Source: Pseudomonadota bacterium
GTDB lineage: Bacteria > Pseudomonadota > Gammaproteobacteria > Tethybacterales > Persebacteraceae
Assembly: GCA_022600535.1 (NCBI GenBank)
Contig: JAHZKE010000042.1
Coordinates: 10,649-74,648 of the forward strand
Direction: 5' to 3'
Length of the DNA stretch: 64,000 bases
Positions 38,700 through 48,265 of the stretch are shown piece by piece; the stretch's first letter is position 1; every line of letters starts with the position of its first letter. The notes beneath the pieces are model-generated. The model had not been told where the DNA came from and searched no databases. It saw only the letters and a list, made by a program, of their open reading frames with translations. Made by a program: the position numbers and the translations under genes.

Positions 38700-39728
38700 C
38701 TACGCTGTTGTTAGACATTGGGCGATATTATCTACCAACTGTTGCATCATTGTAAAATACAATTCCGCCCCTGCGGGCAGACGACTCCCCAATGGATCTA
38801 ACACTCCGCGGTGCATTTCTTTGGTGGCAATTGTGTTGACGATTTTGTCGGGAAATTGCGGTTCGCTAAAAATACAGCGCGCGCCTTGCTCTTGAATTTG
38901 CTGACGCAATGCCAATAAATGTTTGGCAGAAGCAGGAATATGCGGTGAGAGCATAATCACCAATGGCGGGCGTAGCTGATAACGCTGTTCTATATATTGA
39001 TACGCATCGTGGAAAACGATATAGGATTTTTTTGCGACTGGTGTTAACGTCTGCATGATTTTTTTATCTAAGGCGTCAAGCCGTGCGGTAGTGACTTCGG
39101 CATTTTGTTGATATAACGTTGCGCGTTGCGGATAACGCTGTATCAATACTTCGGCGATTTTACCGACAATCACTTTTGCATTATCTATATCTAACCATAC
39201 ATGCAGATCTTGCGCCTGTTTATCTTCGTGCTCGTCTTCATGCTTGTGCTCGTCTTCATGCTTGTGCTCATCTTCGTGCTTGTGCTCGTCTTCGTGCTTG
39301 TGTTCGTCTTCATGCTCGTTTTTATGTTCTTCTTCGTGATGTTCATCGTCTTCTTCGTGATGGTCGTGCGTGTGTTCACTGCGTTGCGCTAACCAATGGA
39401 TAGCGGGCTGTTGTCCGACAGCAAACGCCTGCGTGGTATCGGCATTCGCCAATATCGGCGACAACGATTTTTCTAATTGTGGGTGCATATAAAATACAAC
39501 ATCGGCATCGTGTACTGCCTGCACATGTGAAGGTTTTAATACATGACCATGCACGGAGGACTCTTCTGAAAAAATCAACTGCGCCGTTTGGCTCTCGCCT
39601 AACACCGCTTGCACTAAAGAGTGCAACGGTTTAATACTGGCGGCAATTTTCACCTCAGCAGCAACGGCAATGGGGTTGATGAAGGCGGCAAGTAGCAAAG
39701 GGAATAATAGTTGGCTCAATCGGTGCAT
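38700..39728 (-). CDS. znuA: Zinc ABC transporter substrate-binding protein ZnuA with His-rich loop
   Basis: Signal peptide, cluster-9 SBP fold motifs and an internal 'HEDEHKHEDEHKHEDEHKHEDEHKHEDEHEDK' His/acidic loop typical of ZnuA. Divergent from zur-znuCB. Confidence 0.85.
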   Translation of the reverse strand: MHRLSQLLFPLLLAAFINPIAVAAEVKIAASIKPLHSLVQAVLGESQTAQLIFSEESSVHGHVLKPSHVQAVHDADVVFYMHPQLEKSLSPILANADTTQAFAVGQQPAIHWLAQRSEHTHDHHEEDDEHHEEEHKNEHEDEHKHEDEHKHEDEHKHEDEHKHEDEHEDKQAQDLHVWLDIDNAKVIVGKIAEVLIQRYPQRATLYQQNAEVTTARLDALDKKIMQTLTPVAKKSYIVFHDAYQYIEQRYQLRPPLVIMLSPHIPASAKHLLALRQQIQEQGARCIFSEPQFPDKIVNTIATKEMHRGVLDPLGSRLPAGAELYFTMMQQLVDNIAQCLTTA

Positions 39729-39754
39729 GTTACAAAACTCTCATGGCAGTGATA

Positions 39755-39775
39755 AAATGCTATATTATAGCATTT
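39755..39775. promoter_or_regulatory. Zur box-like palindrome in the znuA / zur-znuCB divergent intergenic region
   Basis: 'aaatgctata-t-tatagcattt' is a perfect 10-1-10 palindrome. It resembles the gammaproteobacterial Zur consensus GAAATGTTATANTATAACATTTC. Confidence 0.6.
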
Positions 39776-39789
39776 TTAAATTTAAGCAA

Positions 39790-40227
39790 ATGTCCCTTTC
39801 TAATTCTGAAATTATTGACGCCGTACAACAATTGTGTGCGCGTAAAAAATTACGCTTTACTGCGGTACGCAACAACGTATTGCGCTTATTGCTGGCAGAA
39901 AAATCGCCCTGTAAAGCGTATACTTTACTTGCGCGCTTGCAAAGTAATAAAACACAACCCACTGCCATTTATCGCGCTTTGGATTTTTTATTACAACATG
40001 GTTTTGCTCATAAAATTCATTCGCAAAACAGCTACCTTGCTTGTCGCCATCCGCGCCTGCAACATAACTGCTACTTTATTATCTGCCGCCATTGCGGCTG
40101 TGTGCAAGAGTGTTGCAATGCCAATGCCACCCGCGCGATTGCTCAAACTGCCAAACAAAATAACTTCCAAGCGCCGCAAGCGTTTTTAGAGATTCTTGCC
40201 GACTGTAAAAAATGCGCCAGCCGTTAA
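39790..40227 (+). CDS. zur: Zinc uptake regulator (Fur family)
   Basis: 'FTAVRNNVLRLLLAEKSPCKAYTLLARL' is the DNA-binding helix. C-terminal 'HNCYFIICRHCGCVQEC' provides the CxxC metal sites. It precedes znuC. Start at the internal ATG. Confidence 0.8.
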   Translation: MSLSNSEIIDAVQQLCARKKLRFTAVRNNVLRLLLAEKSPCKAYTLLARLQSNKTQPTAIYRALDFLLQHGFAHKIHSQNSYLACRHPRLQHNCYFIICRHCGCVQECCNANATRAIAQTAKQNNFQAPQAFLEILADCKKCASR

Positions 40228-40952
40228 TTACTGCCGAGGCGATTGGTCTCACCCGCGACAACAGCAAAATATTAGATAATGTTTCGCTCAACATTGCCGC
40301 CGATGATTTTATTACGGTGGTGGGTCCCAATGGGGCGGGTAAAACAACCTTATTAAAATGCTTGCTCGGGTTGATTAAACCGACACAGGGGCGCTTAAAA
40401 CGGCAAGCGGGATTGCGCGTTGGTTATATGCCGCAACGGATTACGGCGGCGCGAACCATGCCGTTGTCCTTGCATTATTTTTTGGCGTTAAATAAAAATA
40501 GTAATGCGCGTGAAATTGCCGAAATTGCCGAACTCACCAATATTACGCAACACCTGCAAACCCCACTGGCAGAGTTGTCGGGCGGCGAAATGCAACGCGC
40601 ACTATTGGCGCGTGCCCTCCTCAACCACCCCACTCTACTCGCACTGGATGAACCGGTGCAAAATTTAGATGTCGGCGGCGAAATTGCTTTTTATCATTTA
40701 TTAGAAAATATCTGCGACACGCGCAAAGTTGCCGTGCTGATGGTCTCGCATGATTTGCATTTTGTCATGCGGCGTAGCCGTCAGGTGGTGTGTTTGTATC
40801 ATCATGTTTGTTGCAGCGGCACACCGCAAGTCGTCAGTCAAGACCCGCAATTTAAAGCGCTGTTTGGCAACGAAATGGCAGAACTGATGACCGTCTATCA
40901 ACACGAACACGACCATCATCACACCGATACAGGAGAAACACCGAATGGCTGA
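40212..40952 (+). CDS. znuC: Zinc ABC transporter ATP-binding protein
   Basis: Walker A 'GPNGAGKTTLLK', ABC signature 'LSGGEMQRALLARAL', Walker B 'LLALDEP' and a His-rich C-terminus. Confidence 0.9.
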   Translation: MRQPLITAEAIGLTRDNSKILDNVSLNIAADDFITVVGPNGAGKTTLLKCLLGLIKPTQGRLKRQAGLRVGYMPQRITAARTMPLSLHYFLALNKNSNAREIAEIAELTNITQHLQTPLAELSGGEMQRALLARALLNHPTLLALDEPVQNLDVGGEIAFYHLLENICDTRKVAVLMVSHDLHFVMRRSRQVVCLYHHVCCSGTPQVVSQDPQFKALFGNEMAELMTVYQHEHDHHHTDTGETPNG

Positions 40953-41748
40953 TTTTTTACTTTATGCCTTGATCGCGGGTGTTGGCGTTGCTATTATCAC
41001 GGGGGTATTGGGGTGCTTTGTCGTTTGGCAACGCATGGCGTATTTTAGTGACTCGCTGGCACACAGCACTTTATTGGGCATCGCCTTAGGGTTACAGTTA
41101 GGCATCCACACCACTTTGGCAACGCTGTTGCTGTGTGCCTGCTTTGCTCTGCTGTTGCTCTGGGCGCAACAAAAACAAACGCTGTCGGGAGATTCCATGC
41201 TTGGAGTCATGGCACATGCGGCTTTGGCATTTGGCGTGCTTGCTCTGAGTTTGAGCGATAATTACAACAACATTGATTTACACAGTTTATTGTTCGGCAA
41301 TATTCTCACCGTCAGTCAAGAGGATTTATTTTGGTTAGGTGGTGGCGGTGTTTTTGTCTTTGCAATGTTAATTTATTTTTGGCAACCGCTGTTATTAATT
41401 ACCATCAACCGCGACTTAGCCGCTGCCGAAGGCGTTGCGATATTGCGTTTGCAACTGCTGTTAATTTTATTGATGACGATTACCGTTGCGGTATCCATTC
41501 AGATTATCGGCTTGCTGTTGATTTCAGCGTTGCTGATTATCCCTGCTGCGACGGCGCGGCTACTCGCCCGCACTCCGCCGATGATGGCAATGATTGCCGC
41601 GTGTTTGGGGGTTACAGCAACGCTGATCGGTTTGCGGCTTTCGCTGACGGCAGACCTGCCTGCCGGTCCGGCGATTGTGAGTGTTATGGTGTTATTTTTT
41701 GCCGCCACCAATGGCATCCATGCCGCCGGTAGTTTGCGAAAAAAATAA
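40945..41748 (+). CDS. znuB: Zinc ABC transporter permease
   Basis: 267 aa, 8 TM helices, ABC-3 family. Overlaps znuC by 8 nt. Confidence 0.9.
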   Translation: MADFLLYALIAGVGVAIITGVLGCFVVWQRMAYFSDSLAHSTLLGIALGLQLGIHTTLATLLLCACFALLLLWAQQKQTLSGDSMLGVMAHAALAFGVLALSLSDNYNNIDLHSLLFGNILTVSQEDLFWLGGGGVFVFAMLIYFWQPLLLITINRDLAAAEGVAILRLQLLLILLMTITVAVSIQIIGLLLISALLIIPAATARLLARTPPMMAMIAACLGVTATLIGLRLSLTADLPAGPAIVSVMVLFFAATNGIHAAGSLRKK

Positions 41749-41751
41749 AGA

Positions 41752-41827
41752 TGGCGCCCCAGAGACGAGTCGAACGTCCGACCTTGCCCTTAGGAGGGGC
41801 CTGCTCTATCCACTGAGCTACCGGGGC
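41752..41827 (-). tRNA. tRNA-Arg (anticodon CCU)
   Basis: The reverse complement is GCCCCGGTAGCTCAGTGGATAGAGCAGGCCCCTCCTAAGGGCAAGGTCGGACGTTCGACTCGTCTCTGGGGCGCCA. It forms a cloverleaf with anticodon loop CTCCTAA, like E. coli argW. Confidence 0.85.
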
Positions 41828-43562
41828 GTGTCGCACTTTGCAGGCGTTCTTGTATGAACTCTACAACTGCGGTTTGGGCAACGAGAGTCACTTCTTTTTC
41901 CTGCCGCTGTTTATATTCTACTTCGCCATTTTGCAAGCCGCGCTCGCCAATGGTGAGGCGATGCGGGATCCCTAATAAATCGCATTCGGCAAACATACTC
42001 CCCGGGCGTAAATCGCGGTCGTCTAACAACACATCAACCCCTGCCGCGCGCAATGCCTGATACACCTCTTCTGCCGCAAGGCGCACCGCGGGCGAACGTT
42101 GGGCGGCAATCGGGCAGATAATCAGCGAAAATGGCGCAATCGCATCGGGGAAAATCATGCCGTTTTCATCGTGCCCTTGTTCTATCGCGGCAGCGACAAT
42201 GCGGGTAATGCCAATACCGTAACACCCCATCAAAATAGGATGTTGACTGCCATCGGGGGCATCAATCACCGCATTCATCGCTTGCGAATATTTATCGCCC
42301 AACTGAAAAATATGCCCGACTTCTATCCCACGCGCGCCTAATAATGTCCCCTTACCGCAGGGGGAAGGGTCACCGACAGCGGCGTTACGCAAATCGGCAA
42401 ATCTCGGCAAGGGGCAATCGCGCTCAAAATTAACACCGGTGTAATGATAGTCATCCTCATTGGCACCGCAAGCAAAATCTGCCGCATGGTGTAGCGCATA
42501 GTCAGCGATAAGCGGCAAAGGCATATTGACGGGACCTAACGAACCAAAACCCGCACCGATAAGTTGCTGCGTTTCGGCTAAACTCGCCAAACGCGCATTG
42601 TCGCCAATCTCGGCTTGATTGCCGGCTTTAATTAAATTCAATGAATCGTTACCGCGCAACAATACTGCTGCACTGCCGTTATCGCCGCAAACAATCATCG
42701 TTTTCATGTTTTGTTCGGGGCGCAACGCTTCGGGTAAAAACTCGGCTAATTCCGCAATGGTTTTAACATTCGGCGTATGGATTTTTTCCATCGTTTGCTG
42801 TGCCGCTGGGCGGGCGGCGGATGCGGAAGGCGCGGAAGAGGGAGGCAGTTGCGGGCACTGTTCTACATTGGCGGCAAACCCGCTTTCCTGACAATATAAA
42901 ATCAACTCTTCACCGGAGTCGGCAAGCACCATAAATTCATGTGAAAAGTTACCGCCAATCGCCCCCGAATCGGCTTCTACCATGCGATATTTCAAACCGA
43001 TACGGTCAAAGATACGACAATAAGCCGCGCGCATTGCTTCGTAACTGTTTGCCATGCCCGCGGCATCGGTGTCAAACGAATAAGCATCTTTCATAATAAA
43101 TTCACGCGCGCGCATAATGCCAAAGCGCGGGCGAATTTCATCGCGGAATTTGGTTTGAATTTGATATAAATTAATCGGCAACTGCCGATAGCTTGAAATC
43201 TGCGCGCGGACAATATCGGTAATCACCTCTTCGTGTGTCGGCCCCATACAAAACTCGCGCCCGTGCCGATCGCTAAAACGCAATAACTCTGCCCCATACG
43301 CCGCCCAACGCCCCGATTGCTGCCACAAATCCGCCGGTTGCACTGCCGGCATAAAAATCTCGGCGCCTCCCGCGGCATCCATTTCTTCGCGCACAATTTC
43401 GCTAATTTTGCTCACCACGCGCCACCCCATCGGCAACCACGAATAAATCCCACTCGCGACTTTACGAATCAGCCGCGCCCGCAACATCAGTTGATGACTA
43501 ATAATTTCGGCTTCGGCGGGAGTGGATTTATCGCTATAAATAAAAAATTGACTGGCGCGCAT
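41790..43562 (-). CDS. proS: Proline--tRNA ligase
   Basis: 590 aa. 'MRASQFFIYSDKSTPAEAEIISHQLMLRARLIRKVASGIYSWLPMG' aligns with the ProS N-terminus. Class-II motifs and an INS editing domain are present. The last ~13 codons run into the tRNA-Arg gene. Confidence 0.9.
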   Translation of the reverse strand: MRASQFFIYSDKSTPAEAEIISHQLMLRARLIRKVASGIYSWLPMGWRVVSKISEIVREEMDAAGGAEIFMPAVQPADLWQQSGRWAAYGAELLRFSDRHGREFCMGPTHEEVITDIVRAQISSYRQLPINLYQIQTKFRDEIRPRFGIMRAREFIMKDAYSFDTDAAGMANSYEAMRAAYCRIFDRIGLKYRMVEADSGAIGGNFSHEFMVLADSGEELILYCQESGFAANVEQCPQLPPSSAPSASAARPAAQQTMEKIHTPNVKTIAELAEFLPEALRPEQNMKTMIVCGDNGSAAVLLRGNDSLNLIKAGNQAEIGDNARLASLAETQQLIGAGFGSLGPVNMPLPLIADYALHHAADFACGANEDDYHYTGVNFERDCPLPRFADLRNAAVGDPSPCGKGTLLGARGIEVGHIFQLGDKYSQAMNAVIDAPDGSQHPILMGCYGIGITRIVAAAIEQGHDENGMIFPDAIAPFSLIICPIAAQRSPAVRLAAEEVYQALRAAGVDVLLDDRDLRPGSMFAECDLLGIPHRLTIGERGLQNGEVEYKQRQEKEVTLVAQTAVVEFIQERLQSATRPGSSVDRAGPS

Positions 43563-43690
43563 AAAAATAAAATGAGAAGTAAGTAATGAAATCGCATTTT
43601 ACCTGACTTGCACCACTGACCGCAAAGCAGATCGCTTGTAGAATTATAAACGCAGTAAAATTATTTTCACTGGCACGATATAATTGCCCT

Positions 43691-44290
43691 ATGTTAGATA
43701 CTCTCGTCATTGCCAGTAGCAATAAGGGCAAAATTGCTGAAATCAGCGCGCTGTTAACGCCTTATCCAATTACCCTCAACACACAAGATGAGTTAGGAAT
43801 TATCGGCGCGGAAGAACCCTACGCGACTTTTTTTGAAAACGCACTGGCAAAAGCACGGCACACCGCGAAAGAATCGGGAAAACCCGCATTAGCAGATGAC
43901 TCGGGCTTAGTCGTGCCCGCCTTAGCCAATGCCCCGGGGGTGTATTCTGCCCGCTATGCCGGTGCGAATGCCACCGACCCGCAAAACAATGCCAAATTAT
44001 TAACCGCCATGACCGCCGTTACCCAGCGGCAAGCATTTTATTATGCGGCAATGGTGTTGGTAATGCACGCGCACGACCCGGCGCCGATATTTGCCGAAGG
44101 ATACTGGCACGGCGAAATTGCCGAGCACCCCCGCGGTGAAAATGGCTTTGGCTACGACCCCTTATTTTACGACCCGCGCATTGCTAAAACCGGTGCCGAA
44201 ATGCAGCGCGAAGAAAAACAGCGCGTCAGTCATCGCGGGCAATCGTTACGCCGATTGTTGCGTTTAATGCAGTTGCGCCGTTTATTATGA
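43691..44290 (+). CDS. rdgB: dITP/XTP pyrophosphatase (Ham1/RdgB)
   Basis: 'VIASSNKGKIAEI' and 'DDSGL.VPAL...PGVYSARYAG' are the Ham1 motifs. Length is 199 aa. Confidence 0.9.
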   Translation: MLDTLVIASSNKGKIAEISALLTPYPITLNTQDELGIIGAEEPYATFFENALAKARHTAKESGKPALADDSGLVVPALANAPGVYSARYAGANATDPQNNAKLLTAMTAVTQRQAFYYAAMVLVMHAHDPAPIFAEGYWHGEIAEHPRGENGFGYDPLFYDPRIAKTGAEMQREEKQRVSHRGQSLRRLLRLMQLRRLL

Positions 44291-45492
44291 GTGCGCCGAT
44301 TGTCTCTTTTGACCCGCCGGCAACAACCATCGCCCCGCCGCTGACTTTATATATTCACTTACCTTGGTGCGGACGCAAATGTCCCTACTGCGATTTTAAT
44401 TCACACAAAGCGCCGACACAACTGCCGGAAAAAGAATACTGCCAAGCCCTGATACGCGATTTAGAAAACGCCCTGCCGACCGTTTGGGGGCGGGCGATTC
44501 GCGCGGTATTTATTGGTGGCGGCACGCCGAGTTTATTTTCTGCCGCCACCTTAGATACTTTAATGGCACAAATACGCGCTTTATTGAATCTCTCGCCGCA
44601 AATAGAAATCACCTTAGAAGCCAACCCTGATTCATCCGATGTTGCAAAATTTTCCGAATTTAAAGCCGTCGGAATTAACCGCTTATCCTTAGGCGTGCAA
44701 AGCTTTAACGACGCACATTTACAAGCACTCGGCAGGTTACACAATGCAGACGGTGCCAAACGCGCCGCTGCCGCTGCCGCGACGGTATTTGATAATTTTA
44801 ATATTGACCTCATGCACGCCCTACCCGCGCAAAATATTGACCAAGCATTAGACGATGTCCAAACGGCACTCTCCTACGCCCCGACCCATTTATCGCTGTA
44901 TCAACTGACTTTAGAAGCAGGCACCCCGTTTTTTCGCCAGCCGCCGCCCGCCCTACCCGATGAAGACACGACTGCCGACATTAGCACCGCCGTGCAACAA
45001 CACGCGCAAGCGGCGGGCTATCAACAATACGAAGTATCCGCCTACGCCAAAGACGGCAAGTGTTGCCAACACAATTTAAATTATTGGAAATTTGGCGACT
45101 ATCTCGGCATTGGTGCCGGCGCGCACAGCAAAATTACCCAACCCGATGGCGTGTTACGCGAAGAACGCATTAAAAACCCGCGTGACTACATGAAAAACGC
45201 CGCCGCCCCCGTGCGCACACAACGCCGGCTCAACAAGGACGACATTGTTTTTGAATTTATGCTCAATGCCTTACGCCTTTGCGATGGTTTTTCTACCGCA
45301 TTGCTCACCGCCCACACCGGCGGCGGCACACCGCTTTTACGCCGCGCCTTAGCCCTTGCGGAAGAACAGCAATTAATAGAACGCACCCCGCAACACATCC
45401 GCGCCAGCGAAAAAGGACAGCGCTACCTCAACGATTTAACCGCGTTATTTATGCGCGAAGAAAATCACACCATTATCACCAAACAACATTAA
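44287..45492 (+). CDS. hemW: Radical-SAM heme chaperone HemW (coproporphyrinogen III oxidase-like)
   Basis: CxxxCxxC radical-SAM motif 'CGRKCPYCDF', then a HemN-like fold. rdgB-hemW (yggV-yggW) synteny with ATGA overlap. Confidence 0.9.
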   Translation: MSAPIVSFDPPATTIAPPLTLYIHLPWCGRKCPYCDFNSHKAPTQLPEKEYCQALIRDLENALPTVWGRAIRAVFIGGGTPSLFSAATLDTLMAQIRALLNLSPQIEITLEANPDSSDVAKFSEFKAVGINRLSLGVQSFNDAHLQALGRLHNADGAKRAAAAAATVFDNFNIDLMHALPAQNIDQALDDVQTALSYAPTHLSLYQLTLEAGTPFFRQPPPALPDEDTTADISTAVQQHAQAAGYQQYEVSAYAKDGKCCQHNLNYWKFGDYLGIGAGAHSKITQPDGVLREERIKNPRDYMKNAAAPVRTQRRLNKDDIVFEFMLNALRLCDGFSTALLTAHTGGGTPLLRRALALAEEQQLIERTPQHIRASEKGQRYLNDLTALFMREENHTIITKQH

Positions 45493-45553
45493 TCTATTCA
45501 CTTTATTCGCTCTATTCGGTATATACTAATGACTGTTCTCCACTATTTTTCCG

Positions 45554-46534
45554 ATGAGTTTTGATAAAAATAACGCACTGATGGATTGCTCGCTCGCCTC
45601 GCTACGTGCTTTTGGCGAAGCGGCGAAGCACCAAAGTTTTACCTTGGCGGCAGCGCATTTATCGGTAACACAAAGCGCCATTAGCCATCACATCAAAACA
45701 TTAGAGCAACAACTGCAAGTTAAATTATTTCAACGCCGCGGGCGGCAACTGCTGCTCACCAGCGAAGGACGCATTTTGCATCAAGCGGTTGAAAAATCTT
45801 TTACTCAACTCGCCCGCGCCTTAGAACAAATTAACGCCGGTGTCGTGCGCCGCCGCGTGGTATTAGGGGTATTGTCTTCGTTTGCAACAAAATGGTTAGT
45901 TCCGCGCTTGGGGGCGTTTTATCGTCAACACCCCAATGTTGAATTAGTCGTGCGTAGTGTGAATCATACGATTGATGTAGAACGCGAACAAGTGGATTTA
46001 GCAGTGACCACCCTCCCCGCTGCTCCTGCTTCTAAAAACGTAATGAGTGCGTTAATGTGGCGTGAACGTTTGTTTGCGGTTTGCAGCCCCGAATATGCCG
46101 CCAACAGTAAAAAACCGCTGGGCACGGTGGAAGATTTAGCCCATCACACGTTGCTGCATGATGAAACGGAAATCGCTGCCGAACGCGGTTTTGATTGGCT
46201 CTCGTGGTTAAAGCATTTCAATATTGAATCGTTAATGCTGACCGCATCCTGTCAATATTTTTCGCAAAGCGACCTCACCCTGCAAGCCGCCATTGCCGGA
46301 CACGGCGTTGCCCTCACGCGTACTTCTATTGCGGCAACCGATATTAAAAACGGTGCCCTCATCATACCTTTTCCCAATTCGGATATTGCCACGCAATCGG
46401 CGTGTTATTTATGCGGCGAAAAAGAAAATTGGCATAATGAAACCAACGCACTCTTGCGCCATTGGCTACTCGCCGAAGCCGAAACCGATAAAACTTTATA
46501 TCAAAAACCACGTAAATCATGCGTACCGTATTAA
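45554..46534 (+). CDS. LysR-family transcriptional regulator
   Basis: N-terminal HTH 'FTLAAAHLSVTQSAISHHIKTLEQQL' and a LysR substrate-binding fold after it. Confidence 0.8.
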   Translation: MSFDKNNALMDCSLASLRAFGEAAKHQSFTLAAAHLSVTQSAISHHIKTLEQQLQVKLFQRRGRQLLLTSEGRILHQAVEKSFTQLARALEQINAGVVRRRVVLGVLSSFATKWLVPRLGAFYRQHPNVELVVRSVNHTIDVEREQVDLAVTTLPAAPASKNVMSALMWRERLFAVCSPEYAANSKKPLGTVEDLAHHTLLHDETEIAAERGFDWLSWLKHFNIESLMLTASCQYFSQSDLTLQAAIAGHGVALTRTSIAATDIKNGALIIPFPNSDIATQSACYLCGEKENWHNETNALLRHWLLAEAETDKTLYQKPRKSCVPY

Positions 46535-46878
46535 CTTGTCTCCTCTTAATTTGCCTTGGTTTTATAATCCCTTGGACAAATGGTTATTACACGATTATTT
46601 CGTGGATTTTATCGTTTTCGGGGATTATCTATTTATCTCTGTTCATCGTTGATCGTTTCTACATTGGTGATAAAGAGGGATTTCGCATTGACATTGAAAA
46701 CCCAAAAAAGTTAAATGCCGCAGAACCGATTGAGAAAAAAAATCCCCCGCCTGTTGTCGCCACCGCCCCGACACCGGAAATGATAGAAGCGATGCAAAGC
46801 ACCGAAACAGAAGAAGATAACGAACCTTTTGTTCCGTTTGAAATTGACCTTGACGCGAAACCACCGCCGAAAAAATAA
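46519..46878 (+). CDS. Hypothetical membrane protein (2 TM) with acidic/Pro-rich C-terminal tail
   Basis: 119 aa with two hydrophobic helices, then '...EAMQSTETEEDNEPFVPFEIDLDAKPPPKK'. Overlaps the LysR stop by 16 nt. No recognisable motif. Confidence 0.4.
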   Translation: MRTVLTCLLLICLGFIIPWTNGYYTIISWILSFSGIIYLSLFIVDRFYIGDKEGFRIDIENPKKLNAAEPIEKKNPPPVVATAPTPEMIEAMQSTETEEDNEPFVPFEIDLDAKPPPKK

Positions 46879-46924
46879 AGGGCACAAGCGTACGAATCCA
46901 CGCGCTCTATTTTATAATTACAAT

Positions 46925-48223
46925 ATGACCGATGCCAAAATAGGAGCTGGACAAACCGCCAAAATGCCTTATCGCTACGATGCCGCTCTCAATATGCACG
47001 TATTGGGACCGGGGGAACCCGCGCTATCGGAATGGCGGCAAGCAGGGCTTGCCTTACCCGACATGGCAGCCGTCCGCCACTACCGCCTGCAACGCGTACA
47101 AGCCGAATTGCGCCGCCGTGATATTGCCGCGGCGGTGTTGGTAGACCCGCTCAATATCCGCTATGCGAGTGATTCAACCAACATGCAATTATGGACTTCC
47201 CATAACGCTGCCCGCTATTGTTTTGTTGCTGCCGATGGGCCGTTAATTGTTTTTGATTATCACGATTGCGAACATCTATCCGCCCACAATCCGCTAATTA
47301 ATGAAATACGTCCGGCGTGTTCGTGGTTTTATTTTTCTTCCGGCGAACGTTTAGACGGCAATGCTAAAACATGGGCGGCAGAAATTGCCGATTTAGTGCA
47401 ACAATACGGCGGCGACAATCGCCGCTTAGCGATAGATAAAATTAACCCCGAGGGCGCCGAAGCATTAACCGCATTGGGTATTGCCATAGAAAACGGTGAA
47501 GCATTAATGGAACACGCCCGCATGGTGAAATGCGAGGAAGAATTAAAAGCAATGCGTTGTGCCATCCACGCCTGCGATAGCGCGATTGATGTCATGCGCC
47601 AACACGCACACCCGGGGATTAGCGAAAATCGTTTATGGGCACACTTACATGCCGAAAACATTGTCCGCGGCGGCGAATGGATTGAAACACGCATTTTAGC
47701 GGCAGGTCCGCGCACCAATCCGTGGTTTCAAGAATCCTCCTCACGCCCGATACAAGCCGGCGAATTAATGGCGTTTGATACCGATTTAATCGGGGCATAC
47801 GGCTGTTGTGTGGATATTTCGCGCACGTGGCTCATCGGTAGCGACCGCCCCACCGCCGCGCAACAAATTTTATACGATATGGCAATCGCCCAAGTGCAAC
47901 AAAATCTAACATTGATTCGCCCGGGGATGACATGGCGCGAATTATCAGAAAAATCGCTCATCTACTGCCCCGATACTTATTTACATTATTCTTGTTTGTA
48001 TCACGGCGTTGGCTTGTGCGATGAATACCCTTCGGTCACATTCCCACACTTATGGAAAAGCGGGGATGATAACAACCGCGTTGAGGCGGGGATGATGTTA
48101 TGCGTAGAAAGTTATGTCGGGCGGCGCGATGGCGGCGAAGGTATGAAATACGAAGAACAAGTGATTGTGCGCGAAAACGGCGCCGAGTTAATCTCGCACT
48201 ACCCCATCGGGTTAACTTTGTAA
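46925..48223 (+). CDS. M24-family metallopeptidase (creatinase/prolidase/ectoine-hydrolase-like)
   Basis: N-terminal creatinase_N-like domain. C-terminal pita-bread fold with metal-ligand contexts ('FDTDLIGAYGCCVDISRTW', 'HGVGL', 'ESYVG'). Start taken at the internal ATG 'MTDAKIG'. Confidence 0.65.
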   Translation: MTDAKIGAGQTAKMPYRYDAALNMHVLGPGEPALSEWRQAGLALPDMAAVRHYRLQRVQAELRRRDIAAAVLVDPLNIRYASDSTNMQLWTSHNAARYCFVAADGPLIVFDYHDCEHLSAHNPLINEIRPACSWFYFSSGERLDGNAKTWAAEIADLVQQYGGDNRRLAIDKINPEGAEALTALGIAIENGEALMEHARMVKCEEELKAMRCAIHACDSAIDVMRQHAHPGISENRLWAHLHAENIVRGGEWIETRILAAGPRTNPWFQESSSRPIQAGELMAFDTDLIGAYGCCVDISRTWLIGSDRPTAAQQILYDMAIAQVQQNLTLIRPGMTWRELSEKSLIYCPDTYLHYSCLYHGVGLCDEYPSVTFPHLWKSGDDNNRVEAGMMLCVESYVGRRDGGEGMKYEEQVIVRENGAELISHYPIGLTL

Positions 48224-48265
48224 ATTAATTGGCACGCGCCCTATAGCGCCTCGCGACCCGCCGCG

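Noticed and set aside
39191-39392. Two small ORFs (+/-) composed of MLVLVF / TKTSTSMK repeats
   Set aside because: Alternative-frame readings of the 18-nt His-loop repeat in znuA. The znuA frame is the only one with homology.
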